64,000 nucleotides of DNA, taken from contig CAWGRW010000009.1 of assembly GCA_963825135.1 (NCBI GenBank), positions 512,001-576,000 of the forward strand, given 5' to 3'. Below the pieces are notes generated by a model. That model ran no database searches, had not been told where the DNA came from, and worked only from the letters and a program-made list of their open reading frames with translations. Made by a program: the position numbers and the translations under genes. The DNA comes from an uncultured bacterium (GTDB taxonomy: Bacteria > Desulfobacterota_D > UBA1144 > Nemesobacterales > UBA2774). How positions within the stretch are numbered: position 1 is the first letter of the stretch; the number at the start of each line of letters is the position of its first letter. This document shows, piece after piece, positions 12,338-24,485 of the stretch.

Positions 12338-14056
12338 TCAACGCTTGACCTTGTATCCGGCCTTCTCCCTGTCCCACGTGTCTTTGGTGATACCCATCTC
12401 GCGGAGTTTATTCTTCTGCACCCTCTCCGTGCCCGTCTTGGGCAGTGTGGCTTCGAAACGCAGGAATCTCGGGAGCATGAAATGGGGCATCCTGGGCTCG
12501 AGGAATTCCATGAGCTTGTGGGGATCGACCTTCTTCCCCTTTTTAGCGACAACCACGATCATTACCTCGTCCTCGGCGTACCTTCCTCCCTCGGCCTTAA
12601 TGCCTATGACGCCGCACTCCTCGATATCGGTGTGGGAGTTAACGATCTTCTCGACCTCGAACGAGCTGATGTTCTCGCCCCTCCTCCTTATATAGTCCTT
12701 GACCCTGTCGACGAAATATATGTATCCGTCCTTGTCCATCATGCCCGCGTCCCCGGTATGGAACCAGAAGTTCCTGAAGTCCTGCACGGTCTTCTCGGGC
12801 ATCTTGTTGTAATAATGGAGCATTATGTTGGGGGTCCTCGGGCGCACGATTATCTCGCCCACGTGCCCCCTCGGGACCTCCTCGTCTGTCTCGGGGTCGG
12901 CGATCTTTATCTCGTAACCCGGCGCTTCCTTGCCGCACGATCCCACCCTGAAAGGCTCGCCCGGCCTCATCCACGTGCACTGACCTATCTCCGTAAGCCC
13001 GTACCCCTCCATGAATCTGATATTAAACCTTTCCATAAATTTCTCGATGATGTCGTGAGGCGCGGGAGAACCCAGAACGAGCTTTACCCTGTGCTGTTTC
13101 TCCTCGGGCGCGGGCGGCGTATTCCACATGAAATAGGCCATGGTCCCGACGATGTTGAACTTGGTCACCCCGTGGTCCTTTATCCATTTCCAGAACTGTC
13201 TCGCGGAGTACTTCTCCTCGACGACTACCCCGGCCCCCTTGATGAGAGCGGGGTATACGGACATAACCATGGCGTTTGAATGATAGAGGGGAAGGCACGT
13301 GAAGCAGACGTCCCGCGGGCCTACGTCCATTATCTCCGCATAATTCCTCGCGCTCGAATAATCGGCTGCGCAGGGCCTCACGACACCCTTCGACCTCCCG
13401 GTAGTGCCCGAGGTGTACATGAGCCTCGCATGGTCCATGAACGTCACTTCGACGCCCGGGTCCGTGCTCTTCGGGGATTTTATGAACTTGGAATACGGGA
13501 TCATGCTCTCGAAATTAAAACCTTGTTTGTCGAATTTATCGCTCCCGCCCCTGGTCCATACTATCACACGCTCGAGCTGCGGGAGGTCGTTCGCTATGGG
13601 AGGCATCCTGTCGAGATACTCCTCGGCTATAAAAAGGAGCTTCGAATCGGAGCTGTCGAGTATGTACTGGAGGAAATCCATCTTGTACGCCGTGTTTATC
13701 GGCACCATGACGGCGCCCATTTTCAGTATGCCGAACCACGTTATCACGTAATCGTCCGAATTCGGCATGTACACCGCGACCTTGTCGCCTTTCTTTATCC
13801 CGAGCCCGAGGAGCCCGTTGGCGATCTTGTTCGCGAGCTGATTGGTCTTGAAGTAACTGAGCGGCTTCTTATAGCCGAACCGTAGAAACGGTTTCGCGCC
13901 GAGCTTCTTTGCCTGAAGCGTGAGTATCCTTGGAAGCACCCAGTTGCTTTTATCCTGACCAAGGTACCACTCCACGTTGAACTTGCCGTTCTCCCTCTTG
14001 TAGGCAATCGGGTGCATGAGGTCGCGGCCCTTCTTCCGCTTCGGTTTGGCTGCCAT
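12338..14056 (-). CDS. AMP-forming acyl-CoA ligase, CaiC-like
   Basis: YTSGTTGRSKG, GYGLTE, WFHTGD, RRRGENISSFE and LPKT motifs; GAGGGG SD before ATG at 14056. Confidence 0.9.
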   Translation of the reverse strand: MAAKPKRKKGRDLMHPIAYKRENGKFNVEWYLGQDKSNWVLPRILTLQAKKLGAKPFLRFGYKKPLSYFKTNQLANKIANGLLGLGIKKGDKVAVYMPNSDDYVITWFGILKMGAVMVPINTAYKMDFLQYILDSSDSKLLFIAEEYLDRMPPIANDLPQLERVIVWTRGGSDKFDKQGFNFESMIPYSKFIKSPKSTDPGVEVTFMDHARLMYTSGTTGRSKGVVRPCAADYSSARNYAEIMDVGPRDVCFTCLPLYHSNAMVMSVYPALIKGAGVVVEEKYSARQFWKWIKDHGVTKFNIVGTMAYFMWNTPPAPEEKQHRVKLVLGSPAPHDIIEKFMERFNIRFMEGYGLTEIGQCTWMRPGEPFRVGSCGKEAPGYEIKIADPETDEEVPRGHVGEIIVRPRTPNIMLHYYNKMPEKTVQDFRNFWFHTGDAGMMDKDGYIYFVDRVKDYIRRRGENISSFEVEKIVNSHTDIEECGVIGIKAEGGRYAEDEVMIVVVAKKGKKVDPHKLMEFLEPRMPHFMLPRFLRFEATLPKTGTERVQKNKLREMGITKDTWDREKAGYKVKR

Positions 14057-14245
14057 ATCGATATCCCCTCTCGAGCGAGCTCGAATTAATAATGGTTGAA
14101 TTTTAACACTACGCGATTTACATAACCCGCTTAGCTGTTTCATTTTCTACTTTATTTTTTTATAGGGAAAAGTCAAGCGATACGAACGGTACTACTTTAG
14201 TGATAGTCCCGCATGGCCGGGCGGCTCGATCACCGGAATCCCGGA

Positions 14246-15016
14246 TCAGGAAACACCGCCGTCTTCCGGGGTCTCGCCGTCTTCGCTCGCTGCCCTCTTC
14301 TTGCCGAACAACCACGCCACAACGATGCTTAGCTCGTAGAAAACTACGATCGGGACGAACATGAACATAAACGAAACCGCGTCCGTCGTGGGGGTGAGTA
14401 CGGCGGCGGCGATCGCGCTCACGAGGATAGCGTACTTCCTCTGTCTCCTGAGCCATGCGCTGTCGACGATCCCGATCCTCGCTAAAACGAAAATCACCAG
14501 GGGGAATTCGAAAACGAGCCCGAAGCCCAAAAGCAGGGCCATAAAGAAGGAAAGGGCTTCACTTATGGACGGAAACGCCTTGACGTACTCCGACGAATAT
14601 TGGTTCAGGAGGAAATCGAATGCCTTGGGAGCCGCGATGAAATAGCAAAAAGAGACTCCGAAGGCAAAAAACAGGGTCCCGAAAAAAATAAACGGAATGG
14701 CTATCTGCTTTTCATGCTTGTATAGTCCGGGCGCGATGAATTTCCAGGCCTGATAGAGTATAAACGGCACCGCGGCGGCGATCGCAGCGAAAAATGAGAC
14801 TTTAAGATAAGTCGTGAACCCCTCGGCGGGCATGGTGAATATGAGGGTGCTCCCCTGGGGGAGGCTCTCCCTTATAGGCTTCATCAGGAAATCGAATAGC
14901 CAACTCGAAAAATAGTAAGCGGGAATGAAGAAAACGATAATTGCCAGGATCGACCAGAGCATCCTGCGCCTGAGCTCACCCAGGTGTTCAAGGAACGACA
15001 TTTTGGATTCTTCCAT
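14246..15016 (-). CDS. tatC: Twin-arginine translocase subunit TatC
   Basis: EHLGELRRR, YQAWKFIAPGLY and FEFP motifs; about 6 TM segments. Confidence 0.97.
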   Translation of the reverse strand: MEESKMSFLEHLGELRRRMLWSILAIIVFFIPAYYFSSWLFDFLMKPIRESLPQGSTLIFTMPAEGFTTYLKVSFFAAIAAAVPFILYQAWKFIAPGLYKHEKQIAIPFIFFGTLFFAFGVSFCYFIAAPKAFDFLLNQYSSEYVKAFPSISEALSFFMALLLGFGLVFEFPLVIFVLARIGIVDSAWLRRQRKYAILVSAIAAAVLTPTTDAVSFMFMFVPIVVFYELSIVVAWLFGKKRAASEDGETPEDGGVS

Positions 15017-15156
15017 ATGTGGGGCAAAAGATTAACCCAATCGCGCGTGGTTCTCAAACTATAAGGTTCGGGGAACATTATTCCGACACCCGGATATGCC
15101 CGTTAAATTCAGGCTCGCGGGTGTTTCAGAAGGCTGCCGACGGATAACCCCTGTAA

Positions 15157-15185
15157 TTGACAACAAATCATAGCTCGCATATATT
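15157..15185 (+). promoter_or_regulatory. sigma70-type promoter of serA-hisZ-purA
   Basis: TTGACA-N17-TATATT. Confidence 0.7.
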
Positions 15186-15230
15186 CTTATCCCGTTAAAA
15201 ATTATCCCTTGACAGCTCTCGGAGGAAAAA

Positions 15231-16817
15231 TTGAAAGTACTGATTACAGACGGTATGTCCAAGGAAGGACTCAGCATACTGGAAAATGCGGAGGGTCTCG
15301 ACCTGGATGTGAGGAAGAGCACGCCTAAAGAGGAATTGGCCGGAATAATAGGCGGTTATGACGCGATTATCATCAGAAGCGCGACTAAGCTCACCGCGGA
15401 TTTGATAGAAGCCGGAAAGAACCTGAGGGTAATAGGCAGGGCGGGCATCGGTGTGGACAACGTCGAGGTCGAGACGGCGACAAAGAAGGGGATCGTCGTT
15501 ATGAACACCCCTGAGGCAAACGCGATCACGACGGCCGAGCATACAATCACGCTAATGCTTTCTCTCGCGAGACAGATACCGCAGGCGCACGCGTCCATAA
15601 AGGCGGGCAAATGGGAAAGGAGCAAATTTAAAGGTATAGAAATCTATGGAAAAACACTCGGATGTATCGGGCTCGGGAATATCGGCAAACTTGTGGCCGA
15701 GAGGGCGCTCGGGCTAAAGATGAACGTCATTGCCTATGACCCGTTCCTCTCAAAGGAAGCCGCCGAGAAAATAGGCGTCGAGCTCGTTACGCTGGACGAG
15801 CTGCTCAAGAGGTCTGACATCATTACGATACATACTCCGCTAAACTCTGAAACGAAGAACCTGATCAACAAAGACACGCTCGAAAAAACGAAAAAAGGAC
15901 TTGTCGTGATTAACTGTGCCCGCGGAGGGGTGATAAACGAAAAAGACATCTCCGAGGCGATAAAGTCGGGCAGGGTCGCGGGCGCGGCGTTCGACGTCTT
16001 CATAAACGAGCCCCCGGAAGAGGGGAATCCCCTCCTCGCGCTCGAAGACAACGTGGTATTTACCCCGCATCTCGGGGCTTCCACAGAGGAGGCCCAGACG
16101 AAGGTAGGGGTGGCAATCGCCGAGCAGATAGTCGATTTTCTCAATAACGGAGTGGTGAAGAACGCCGTGAACATGCCCTCCGTGAGTCTCGAGGTGCTAA
16201 AGACCATGAAGCCTTATCTGAACCTGGCGGAAAAGCTGGGAAGTCTCCAGGGCCAAATATGCAAGGGCGGAGTCACGGAAATACATATAGAATACGACGG
16301 CGAAGTTTCCGACATGGATACCTCACCTCTAACCGTAGCCGCTTTAAAGGGATTCCTCACTCCGATGATGGACGTGGTCGTGAGCCACGTAAACGCCCCG
16401 GTTATCGCACAGGAGAGGGGTATTAAGGTCATCGAATCGAAATCTTCACAAACCAGGGACTATACGAGCCTCATATCCATAAAGGTAAAGACGGAAGAAG
16501 GCGAAAACCACGTATCGGGAACGATATTCGGAAAAGAAGAGCCTAGATTCGTCAGGATAAACGGTGTTACAATAGACGTCGTGCCGAAAGGATATCTCCT
16601 GGTGAGCGAGAACAACGACAGGCCCGGGTTTATCGGCGCGATGTGCACGCTGCTCGGGGAAAACGGTGTAAACATCGGTCTCCTTCATCTCGGAAGAGAG
16701 GCGATCGGAGGAAGGGCCATAGTATTTACGAACGTAGACTCCCCGGTCCCCGCTAAAGTGATAGAAAAAATATCGAAACTCCCGGACATCATTTCCGTGA
16801 CACAGGTCAAGCTTTAA
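15231..16817 (+). CDS. serA: D-3-phosphoglycerate dehydrogenase (ASB+ACT type), TTG start
   Basis: RAGIGVDN, GLGNIG, NCARGG and TPHLGASTEEAQ motifs; C-terminal ACT; GGAGG SD. Confidence 0.96.
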   Translation: MKVLITDGMSKEGLSILENAEGLDLDVRKSTPKEELAGIIGGYDAIIIRSATKLTADLIEAGKNLRVIGRAGIGVDNVEVETATKKGIVVMNTPEANAITTAEHTITLMLSLARQIPQAHASIKAGKWERSKFKGIEIYGKTLGCIGLGNIGKLVAERALGLKMNVIAYDPFLSKEAAEKIGVELVTLDELLKRSDIITIHTPLNSETKNLINKDTLEKTKKGLVVINCARGGVINEKDISEAIKSGRVAGAAFDVFINEPPEEGNPLLALEDNVVFTPHLGASTEEAQTKVGVAIAEQIVDFLNNGVVKNAVNMPSVSLEVLKTMKPYLNLAEKLGSLQGQICKGGVTEIHIEYDGEVSDMDTSPLTVAALKGFLTPMMDVVVSHVNAPVIAQERGIKVIESKSSQTRDYTSLISIKVKTEEGENHVSGTIFGKEEPRFVRINGVTIDVVPKGYLLVSENNDRPGFIGAMCTLLGENGVNIGLLHLGREAIGGRAIVFTNVDSPVPAKVIEKISKLPDIISVTQVKL

Positions 16818-19363
<2,546 letters not shown>

Positions 19364-19373
19364 AAAATTACTG

Positions 19374-19826
19374 CTAATCGAACTCGTATTCCCTGATCCA
19401 GAAAGTCAGGTTCGGACTCCAGCTTTCCAAACGCTTTGCCTCGATTCTGTTATCGAAATAGTCGCCCTGGGTCTGAAAATCCTTCCTGAATAGCCCGACT
19501 ACCCTTATATACTCGCCGTCCACTACCGGGGCCTCTCCGTTAACATAGACGTCAATTCCGACACCCTTCCTGTCTGAGAGCGTGAACTTGGTATAGACCT
19601 GTTCTACCCCATTCTCATTCACTCCCATGGATTCCACTCTCGGGCGCCATATCTTGCCGATCACGATCACTCCCGACATGTCGTAGGCATCGGGACTCGC
19701 GAGAATCGTCGCTATGCTGACGCTCTGGGCCGGAAGGGCCGTGTCCGGGTCCCTCCAATTTTGGGAGCACGCCGCGGAGAAAGAGATTATTATCGCCAGC
19801 GTGATTATATATAGAGATTTTTGCAT
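19374..19826 (-). CDS. Lipoprotein with a probable OB-fold
   Basis: Lipobox SAAC; beta-rich pattern (VIVIG…IRVVGLF); GGAGG SD. Confidence 0.6.
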   Translation of the reverse strand: MQKSLYIITLAIIISFSAACSQNWRDPDTALPAQSVSIATILASPDAYDMSGVIVIGKIWRPRVESMGVNENGVEQVYTKFTLSDRKGVGIDVYVNGEAPVVDGEYIRVVGLFRKDFQTQGDYFDNRIEAKRLESWSPNLTFWIREYEFD

Positions 19827-19878
19827 CAGGGGCGCCTCCGGTAAGGATGCCGATCAGTAGAGAATTATAACACATTCC

Positions 19879-20850
19879 TCACGAATTTTTCTCGTACGCC
19901 TCGATAATCTTCCTTACGAGCGGGTGTCTCACCACGTCGTTCTTCGAAAAATACACGAACGATATCCCCTCTATCTTTTTCATAAGCATTTCGGCCTCCA
20001 TAAGACCCGACTTTTCGCTCGCTGCAAGATCCACCTGGGTTGTATCGCCGGTAATGACCGCCTTTGAGTTGTAGCCGAGCCTCGTAAGGAACATCTTCAT
20101 CTGCATAGAGGTCGTGTTCTGGGCTTCGTCCAATATTATAAACGCGTCATTCAGCGTCCTGCCCCTCATAAACGCGAGAGGGGCTATCTCTATCACGCTC
20201 TTTTCCAGCAGGCGCGAGGCCTTATCATAGTCCATCATATCGTAGAGCGCGTCGAGGACCGGTCTCAGGTACGGGTCAACCTTCTGCGACAGGTCGCCCG
20301 GAAGGAACCCCAGCTTCTCCCCCGCCTCGACTGCGGGTCTCGTCAGCACTATCCTGTTGACTTCCTTATTCACGAACGCCGATACCGCCATAGCCATCGC
20401 GAGATAAGTTTTTCCGGTCCCTGCCGGACCTATTCCGAATACTATATCGTGCTTCCTGATAGACTCGATATACACCTTTTGAGTAATGCTCTTGGGAGCG
20501 ATAATGCGCTTCCTCGTCGATATGCAGACAGTGTCCAGAAACACGTCCGCAAGCCGTATTTTCCCCTCGTCCACTATCCTCGTCGCAAGCTCTATATCGG
20601 CCGGGTCGAGCGTGTAGCCTTTTTCCAGAAGCCCGTAAACCTCCCTTAAAAACCTGTTGGCGGACTCTACCCCGTCCATTTCTCCTTCGAGGTTGAGCTT
20701 CCCGCCCCTGGAATGGATTCTTATCCCGTAATGGTTTTCTATTTCCTTCAGGTTGTCGTTATTTTCGCCGTAAAGCTCTTTGACGAGGTTGTTATCGCCG
20801 AATTCAAGCTCCCTTGCGCTCCCGTTTCCGATTCTCATGGTATCCTGCAT
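19879..20850 (-). CDS. phoH: PhoH-like ATPase
   Basis: GPAGTGKT, RPAVEAGEKLGFLPGD, FMRGRT and DEAQN motifs. Confidence 0.95.
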   Translation of the reverse strand: MQDTMRIGNGSARELEFGDNNLVKELYGENNDNLKEIENHYGIRIHSRGGKLNLEGEMDGVESANRFLREVYGLLEKGYTLDPADIELATRIVDEGKIRLADVFLDTVCISTRKRIIAPKSITQKVYIESIRKHDIVFGIGPAGTGKTYLAMAMAVSAFVNKEVNRIVLTRPAVEAGEKLGFLPGDLSQKVDPYLRPVLDALYDMMDYDKASRLLEKSVIEIAPLAFMRGRTLNDAFIILDEAQNTTSMQMKMFLTRLGYNSKAVITGDTTQVDLAASEKSGLMEAEMLMKKIEGISFVYFSKNDVVRHPLVRKIIEAYEKNS

Positions 20851-21150
20851 GTTATATCGTCATTCCTCCCCCCGGATATAGGCCGGGATTTCTCGAGATG
20901 AATCTAAGCTTAACGTGGTCAATTTTATCGCAGATGCCGATTATAGATGACATAACGGATTGTTTGTCCGGGATATGAACAAGACGCTGATTTAATAATG
21001 ACGGAAAATGTGTGGGCTTTTTTATATATTCCCAACTGTTAGAAACAAAATAACCGGGGATTTCCTGTAATTTGATGTAAATTAGTATAACAGAAGACCA
21101 GTTAATTCCAACCCCTTAACCTGGAAGACCCTCAGTTAAATCTCCCCCGT

Positions 21151-21966
21151 TCAATCATCTATACGGGACGGGTCCGGGTGTTTAAAATCATAATCCAGGA
21201 GCTTTTTCAGCTTATCGCTCCTGACCAGCTTATACCCCCCTGCCCCGCCGTCCTTAAAGCCGGGTGGGTCGAGCCCGAGTTTCCGGGCCTGAGCGGAGTA
21301 ATATTCCTTTCTGGCCGGATGCTCGTCCGCGCACGCGTTCAGGGTCTCGTCCCAAATATCCCGCTCTATTATTCTATGGATGATAGCCACGCAGTCGTCC
21401 CTGTGTATGAGGTTCACGGGCGCATCTCCCCCCGTAAGATCTCTTTTACCGGCAAGGAACCTCCCGGGCATACGGTCGTAGCCTATGAGGCCGCCGAATC
21501 TGACGATTGTGGTCTTGAGCCCGCGGCAATCCCGGAGGAGTCTCTCGGCCTCAAGAAGGGCGATGCCCGAGGGCTTTGTAGGCGGAACCCTGTCAGTTTC
21601 AGAGACATCGCGGTTGAGATCGGGATAAACGGACGTAGAGCTTACGAAGAGCAGCTTTTTAACCGGAGAATCCTCGATCCGGGCGATCAACGATCGTATC
21701 TGAGCCGGGTGATATTCGGCGATATCGTCCCTCCTCTCGGGAGGAAAGTTGACGACCAGCACGCCGGAATTGAAAAAACCGTCGACGCACTCGCCCCGGA
21801 GCTCCGGATCGAGGACCACGTAAAAGGGCTCTATGCCGCGGGCTTTGATTACGTCGAGCTCGCCAGGTGTCCTCGTTGACCCCTTCACGCTGTAACCCTT
21901 CCCGATCAGATAATCCGCCAGAGGCAGCCCGAGCCACCCGCACCCCAATATGCTTATCGTTTCCAT
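21151..21966 (-). CDS. Atypical SDR / NAD(P)-binding oxidoreductase (YeeZ-like)
   Basis: ILGCGWLG, SSTSVY, RFGGLIG and NLIHRDD motifs. Confidence 0.85.
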   Translation of the reverse strand: METISILGCGWLGLPLADYLIGKGYSVKGSTRTPGELDVIKARGIEPFYVVLDPELRGECVDGFFNSGVLVVNFPPERRDDIAEYHPAQIRSLIARIEDSPVKKLLFVSSTSVYPDLNRDVSETDRVPPTKPSGIALLEAERLLRDCRGLKTTIVRFGGLIGYDRMPGRFLAGKRDLTGGDAPVNLIHRDDCVAIIHRIIERDIWDETLNACADEHPARKEYYSAQARKLGLDPPGFKDGGAGGYKLVRSDKLKKLLDYDFKHPDPSRIDD

Positions 21967-22053
21967 ATGGTATCAAGGGTAAGCGGGATTAAAGGTATCT
22001 TCAATAATGCCCGCCGGGGGGGTCCGCACCGGCACCCCTGCGTATTGCATATA

Positions 22054-22947
22054 TTAAGCTGTAAGGCGTTTGAGCGCCTCTTTATATTTTTCGGAGGTCT
22101 TTAGTATTACGTCGGCCGGAAGCGACGGCGCCGGAGGGTTCTTGTCCCAGTCGAGGGATTCGAGATAATCCCTCACGAACTGTTTATCGAAGCTCTTCTG
22201 AGCGTCCCCGGGCCTATACTCGTCCCTGGGCCAGAACCTCGAGGAATCGGGCGTCAGCGCCTCGTCTATGAGAACGAGCTCTCCGGTCTTTTCATCCGTC
22301 CCGAACTCGAATTTGGTGTCCGCGATTATGATTCCTTTCTTCTCGGCGATATCCCTCGCCCTCGAATAGAGGGTTATGCTCACGTCCCTTACCCTTTCGG
22401 CAAGCTCCCTGCCCAGGAGTCCCGCCGCGCGCTCGAACTCGATGTTCTCGTCGTGCGCACCCGCCCCGGCCTTGGTCGAAGGCGTGAATATGGGGGATTC
22501 GAGCCTGGACGATTCCACGAGTCCCGCCGGGAGCGGTATGCCGCAGATCGAATTGCTTTTTTTGTATTCCTTCCAGCCCGAGCCCGCAACGTAACCCCTT
22601 ACGATACATTCGACGGGGAGGGGCTTCGTCTTCAAAACCAGCATGCTCCTGCCTTCAAGCACATCCGCGTATGCCCGGAACTCCTCCGGGTAGTCCTTCA
22701 CATCGGTCGAGATCATGTGGTTCCGGGTGATGTCGCCCGTTTGCTCGAACCAGAATTTCGATATCAGATTCAGCACCCTGCCCTTACCCGGAATACCCTC
22801 GGGGAGGACCACGTCGAACGCGGAAATGCGGTCTGAAGCCACGAGCAGCAATCTGTCCCCGAGGTCGTAGATGTCCCTGACCTTCCCCCTCGCGGGAGGC
22901 TTCACGCCCGCAAATTCGGTACGCATCACAATAGCGTCTTTTTTTAT
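22054..22947 (-). CDS. purC: SAICAR synthetase (start uncertain: ATA 22947, GTG 22929 or ATG 22926)
   Basis: [33 protein letters not shown] and DKQFVRD motifs. Confidence 0.97.
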   Translation of the reverse strand: MKKDAIVMRTEFAGVKPPARGKVRDIYDLGDRLLLVASDRISAFDVVLPEGIPGKGRVLNLISKFWFEQTGDITRNHMISTDVKDYPEEFRAYADVLEGRSMLVLKTKPLPVECIVRGYVAGSGWKEYKKSNSICGIPLPAGLVESSRLESPIFTPSTKAGAGAHDENIEFERAAGLLGRELAERVRDVSITLYSRARDIAEKKGIIIADTKFEFGTDEKTGELVLIDEALTPDSSRFWPRDEYRPGDAQKSFDKQFVRDYLESLDWDKNPPAPSLPADVILKTSEKYKEALKRLTA

Positions 22948-22990
22948 CGCCGTATCCCCCGTCGGACAGCTGAAAATTAAGAAGCTCAGA

Positions 22991-23019
22991 ATTCTAGTAA
23001 AGAAAAAAAGATATGTCAA
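22991..23019 (-). promoter_or_regulatory. sigma70-type promoter of purC
   Basis: TTGACA-N17-TAGAAT on the minus strand; the ORF-track TTG start is the -35 box. Confidence 0.75.
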
Positions 23020-23080
23020 AACGCGAAGCGGCGCGAGACCGGGGAAAGCGGCTTATGCCGCGCGCACCGATATTTTTATC

Positions 23081-23377
23081 CTATTCCGCCCCTCTCGACG
23101 CCCTGTCCCTCATCCTCGATGCGTCGACGATATCCTTGAAAAACCAGATCATGAGGAGCGGCAGATAATAAAAAAGCGTAATGTAGACGGAGGTAACGAG
23201 ATTCCGGTATAACGCAAATATGCCGATGAAATCAAGGACGGCGACCGATATCAGTACAACATACGCACGCTTGTATGGGTCGGATATCCATCTTCTCAGC
23301 ACGAGATGCGCGCCTCTGGAAAGCAGGGTCACGTTGATAAACGCTCCCGCGAGCCTCCACAACATAAGGGTGTCCAT
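23081..23377 (-). CDS. Small membrane protein (about 3 TM), unknown function
   Basis: 98-aa hydrophobic ORF filling the gap between purC and htpX. Confidence 0.65.
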   Translation of the reverse strand: MDTLMLWRLAGAFINVTLLSRGAHLVLRRWISDPYKRAYVVLISVAVLDFIGIFALYRNLVTSVYITLFYYLPLLMIWFFKDIVDASRMRDRASRGAE

Positions 23378-23553
23378 ACTCTTTCCGGCCTCTTTATTTA
23401 TATCCCGGCGCCGAGCTTTTCACTTGAAATTTCGCGCCGAACCATTATTTTCATTATATCACCTCATTTGAGGGGTGTATGTATCGGCACACGCGCGGAA
23501 CACGATCGATTTAACGCGCGATTCGAAGTTTTACCAGGCAGGGAGAGACAAAA

Positions 23554-24423
23554 ATGAACACACTTAAGAGCCTGATACTGCTTGCGGCGCTATCCGCCAT
23601 CCTCATGTGGATCGGAGGGGCTATGGGGGGCAAACAGGGGCTGATCATAGCGTTCGGATTCGCGATGATAATGAATTTCGCGAGCTACTGGTGGAGCGAC
23701 AGGATAGTCCTTTCCCTGTACGGGGCTAAAGAGGTCAGGTACGAGGACGCGCCGGAGCTTTACGGAGACATTCAGGAGCTTTCCCAAAGGGCCGGTCTCC
23801 CCATGCCCAGGGTGTTTATAACCCCTCAGGAGCAGCCAAACGCGTTTGCCACAGGCAGGAGCCCGGAACACGCGGCCGTAGCCGTGACTCAGGGCATATT
23901 GAGACTCCTCAGCCGCGAGGAATTGAAGGGGGTGCTTGCCCATGAGCTCGCGCACGTCAGGCACAGGGACATACTGATCGGGTCCATTGCCGCGACTATA
24001 GCGACGGCGATCACCTATCTTGCCTATATGGCCCAATTCGCGGCCATATTCGGCGGAGGGGGCGGAAACGACAGGCAAAGGGGCGGAAACCCGCTCGGAC
24101 TCCTCGTAATGGCCGTACTGGCACCGCTTGCGGCCACAGTGATAAGGCTGGCGATTTCGAGAACGAGGGAATACGGCGCCGATCAGGGCGGGGCCGAGAT
24201 CTGCGGAAACCCGATGTCGCTTGCGAACGCATTGAGAAAGCTCGGAGCTGCCTCGGACAGGATACCCCTTCAGGTAAGCGAGCAGGTCGCGGACAGCACG
24301 TCCCATATGCTGATCGCGAGCCCTCTCTCGGGCAGGGGACTCTCTGCCCTATTCAGCACGCATCCGCCCATGGAAGAGAGGATAAGAAGGCTCGAGGCCA
24401 TGGCCGCGGGAACTTCCACATAA
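23554..24423 (+). CDS. htpX: Membrane zinc metalloprotease HtpX (M48)
   Basis: PNAFATGR, HELAH, SRTREYGAD and STHPP motifs. Confidence 0.97.
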   Translation: MNTLKSLILLAALSAILMWIGGAMGGKQGLIIAFGFAMIMNFASYWWSDRIVLSLYGAKEVRYEDAPELYGDIQELSQRAGLPMPRVFITPQEQPNAFATGRSPEHAAVAVTQGILRLLSREELKGVLAHELAHVRHRDILIGSIAATIATAITYLAYMAQFAAIFGGGGGNDRQRGGNPLGLLVMAVLAPLAATVIRLAISRTREYGADQGGAEICGNPMSLANALRKLGAASDRIPLQVSEQVADSTSHMLIASPLSGRGLSALFSTHPPMEERIRRLEAMAAGTST

Positions 24424-24485
24424 ACATACTGTCCGCGTGAAGCACGCAATAACGCATGAGGATACGCCGCGAAAGGAAGACGGGG

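Noticed and set aside
20851..21150. 300-bp AT-rich intergenic region with a loose GAAGACC…AGTTAA repeat
   Set aside because: No ORF, RNA motif or convincing repeat could be supported
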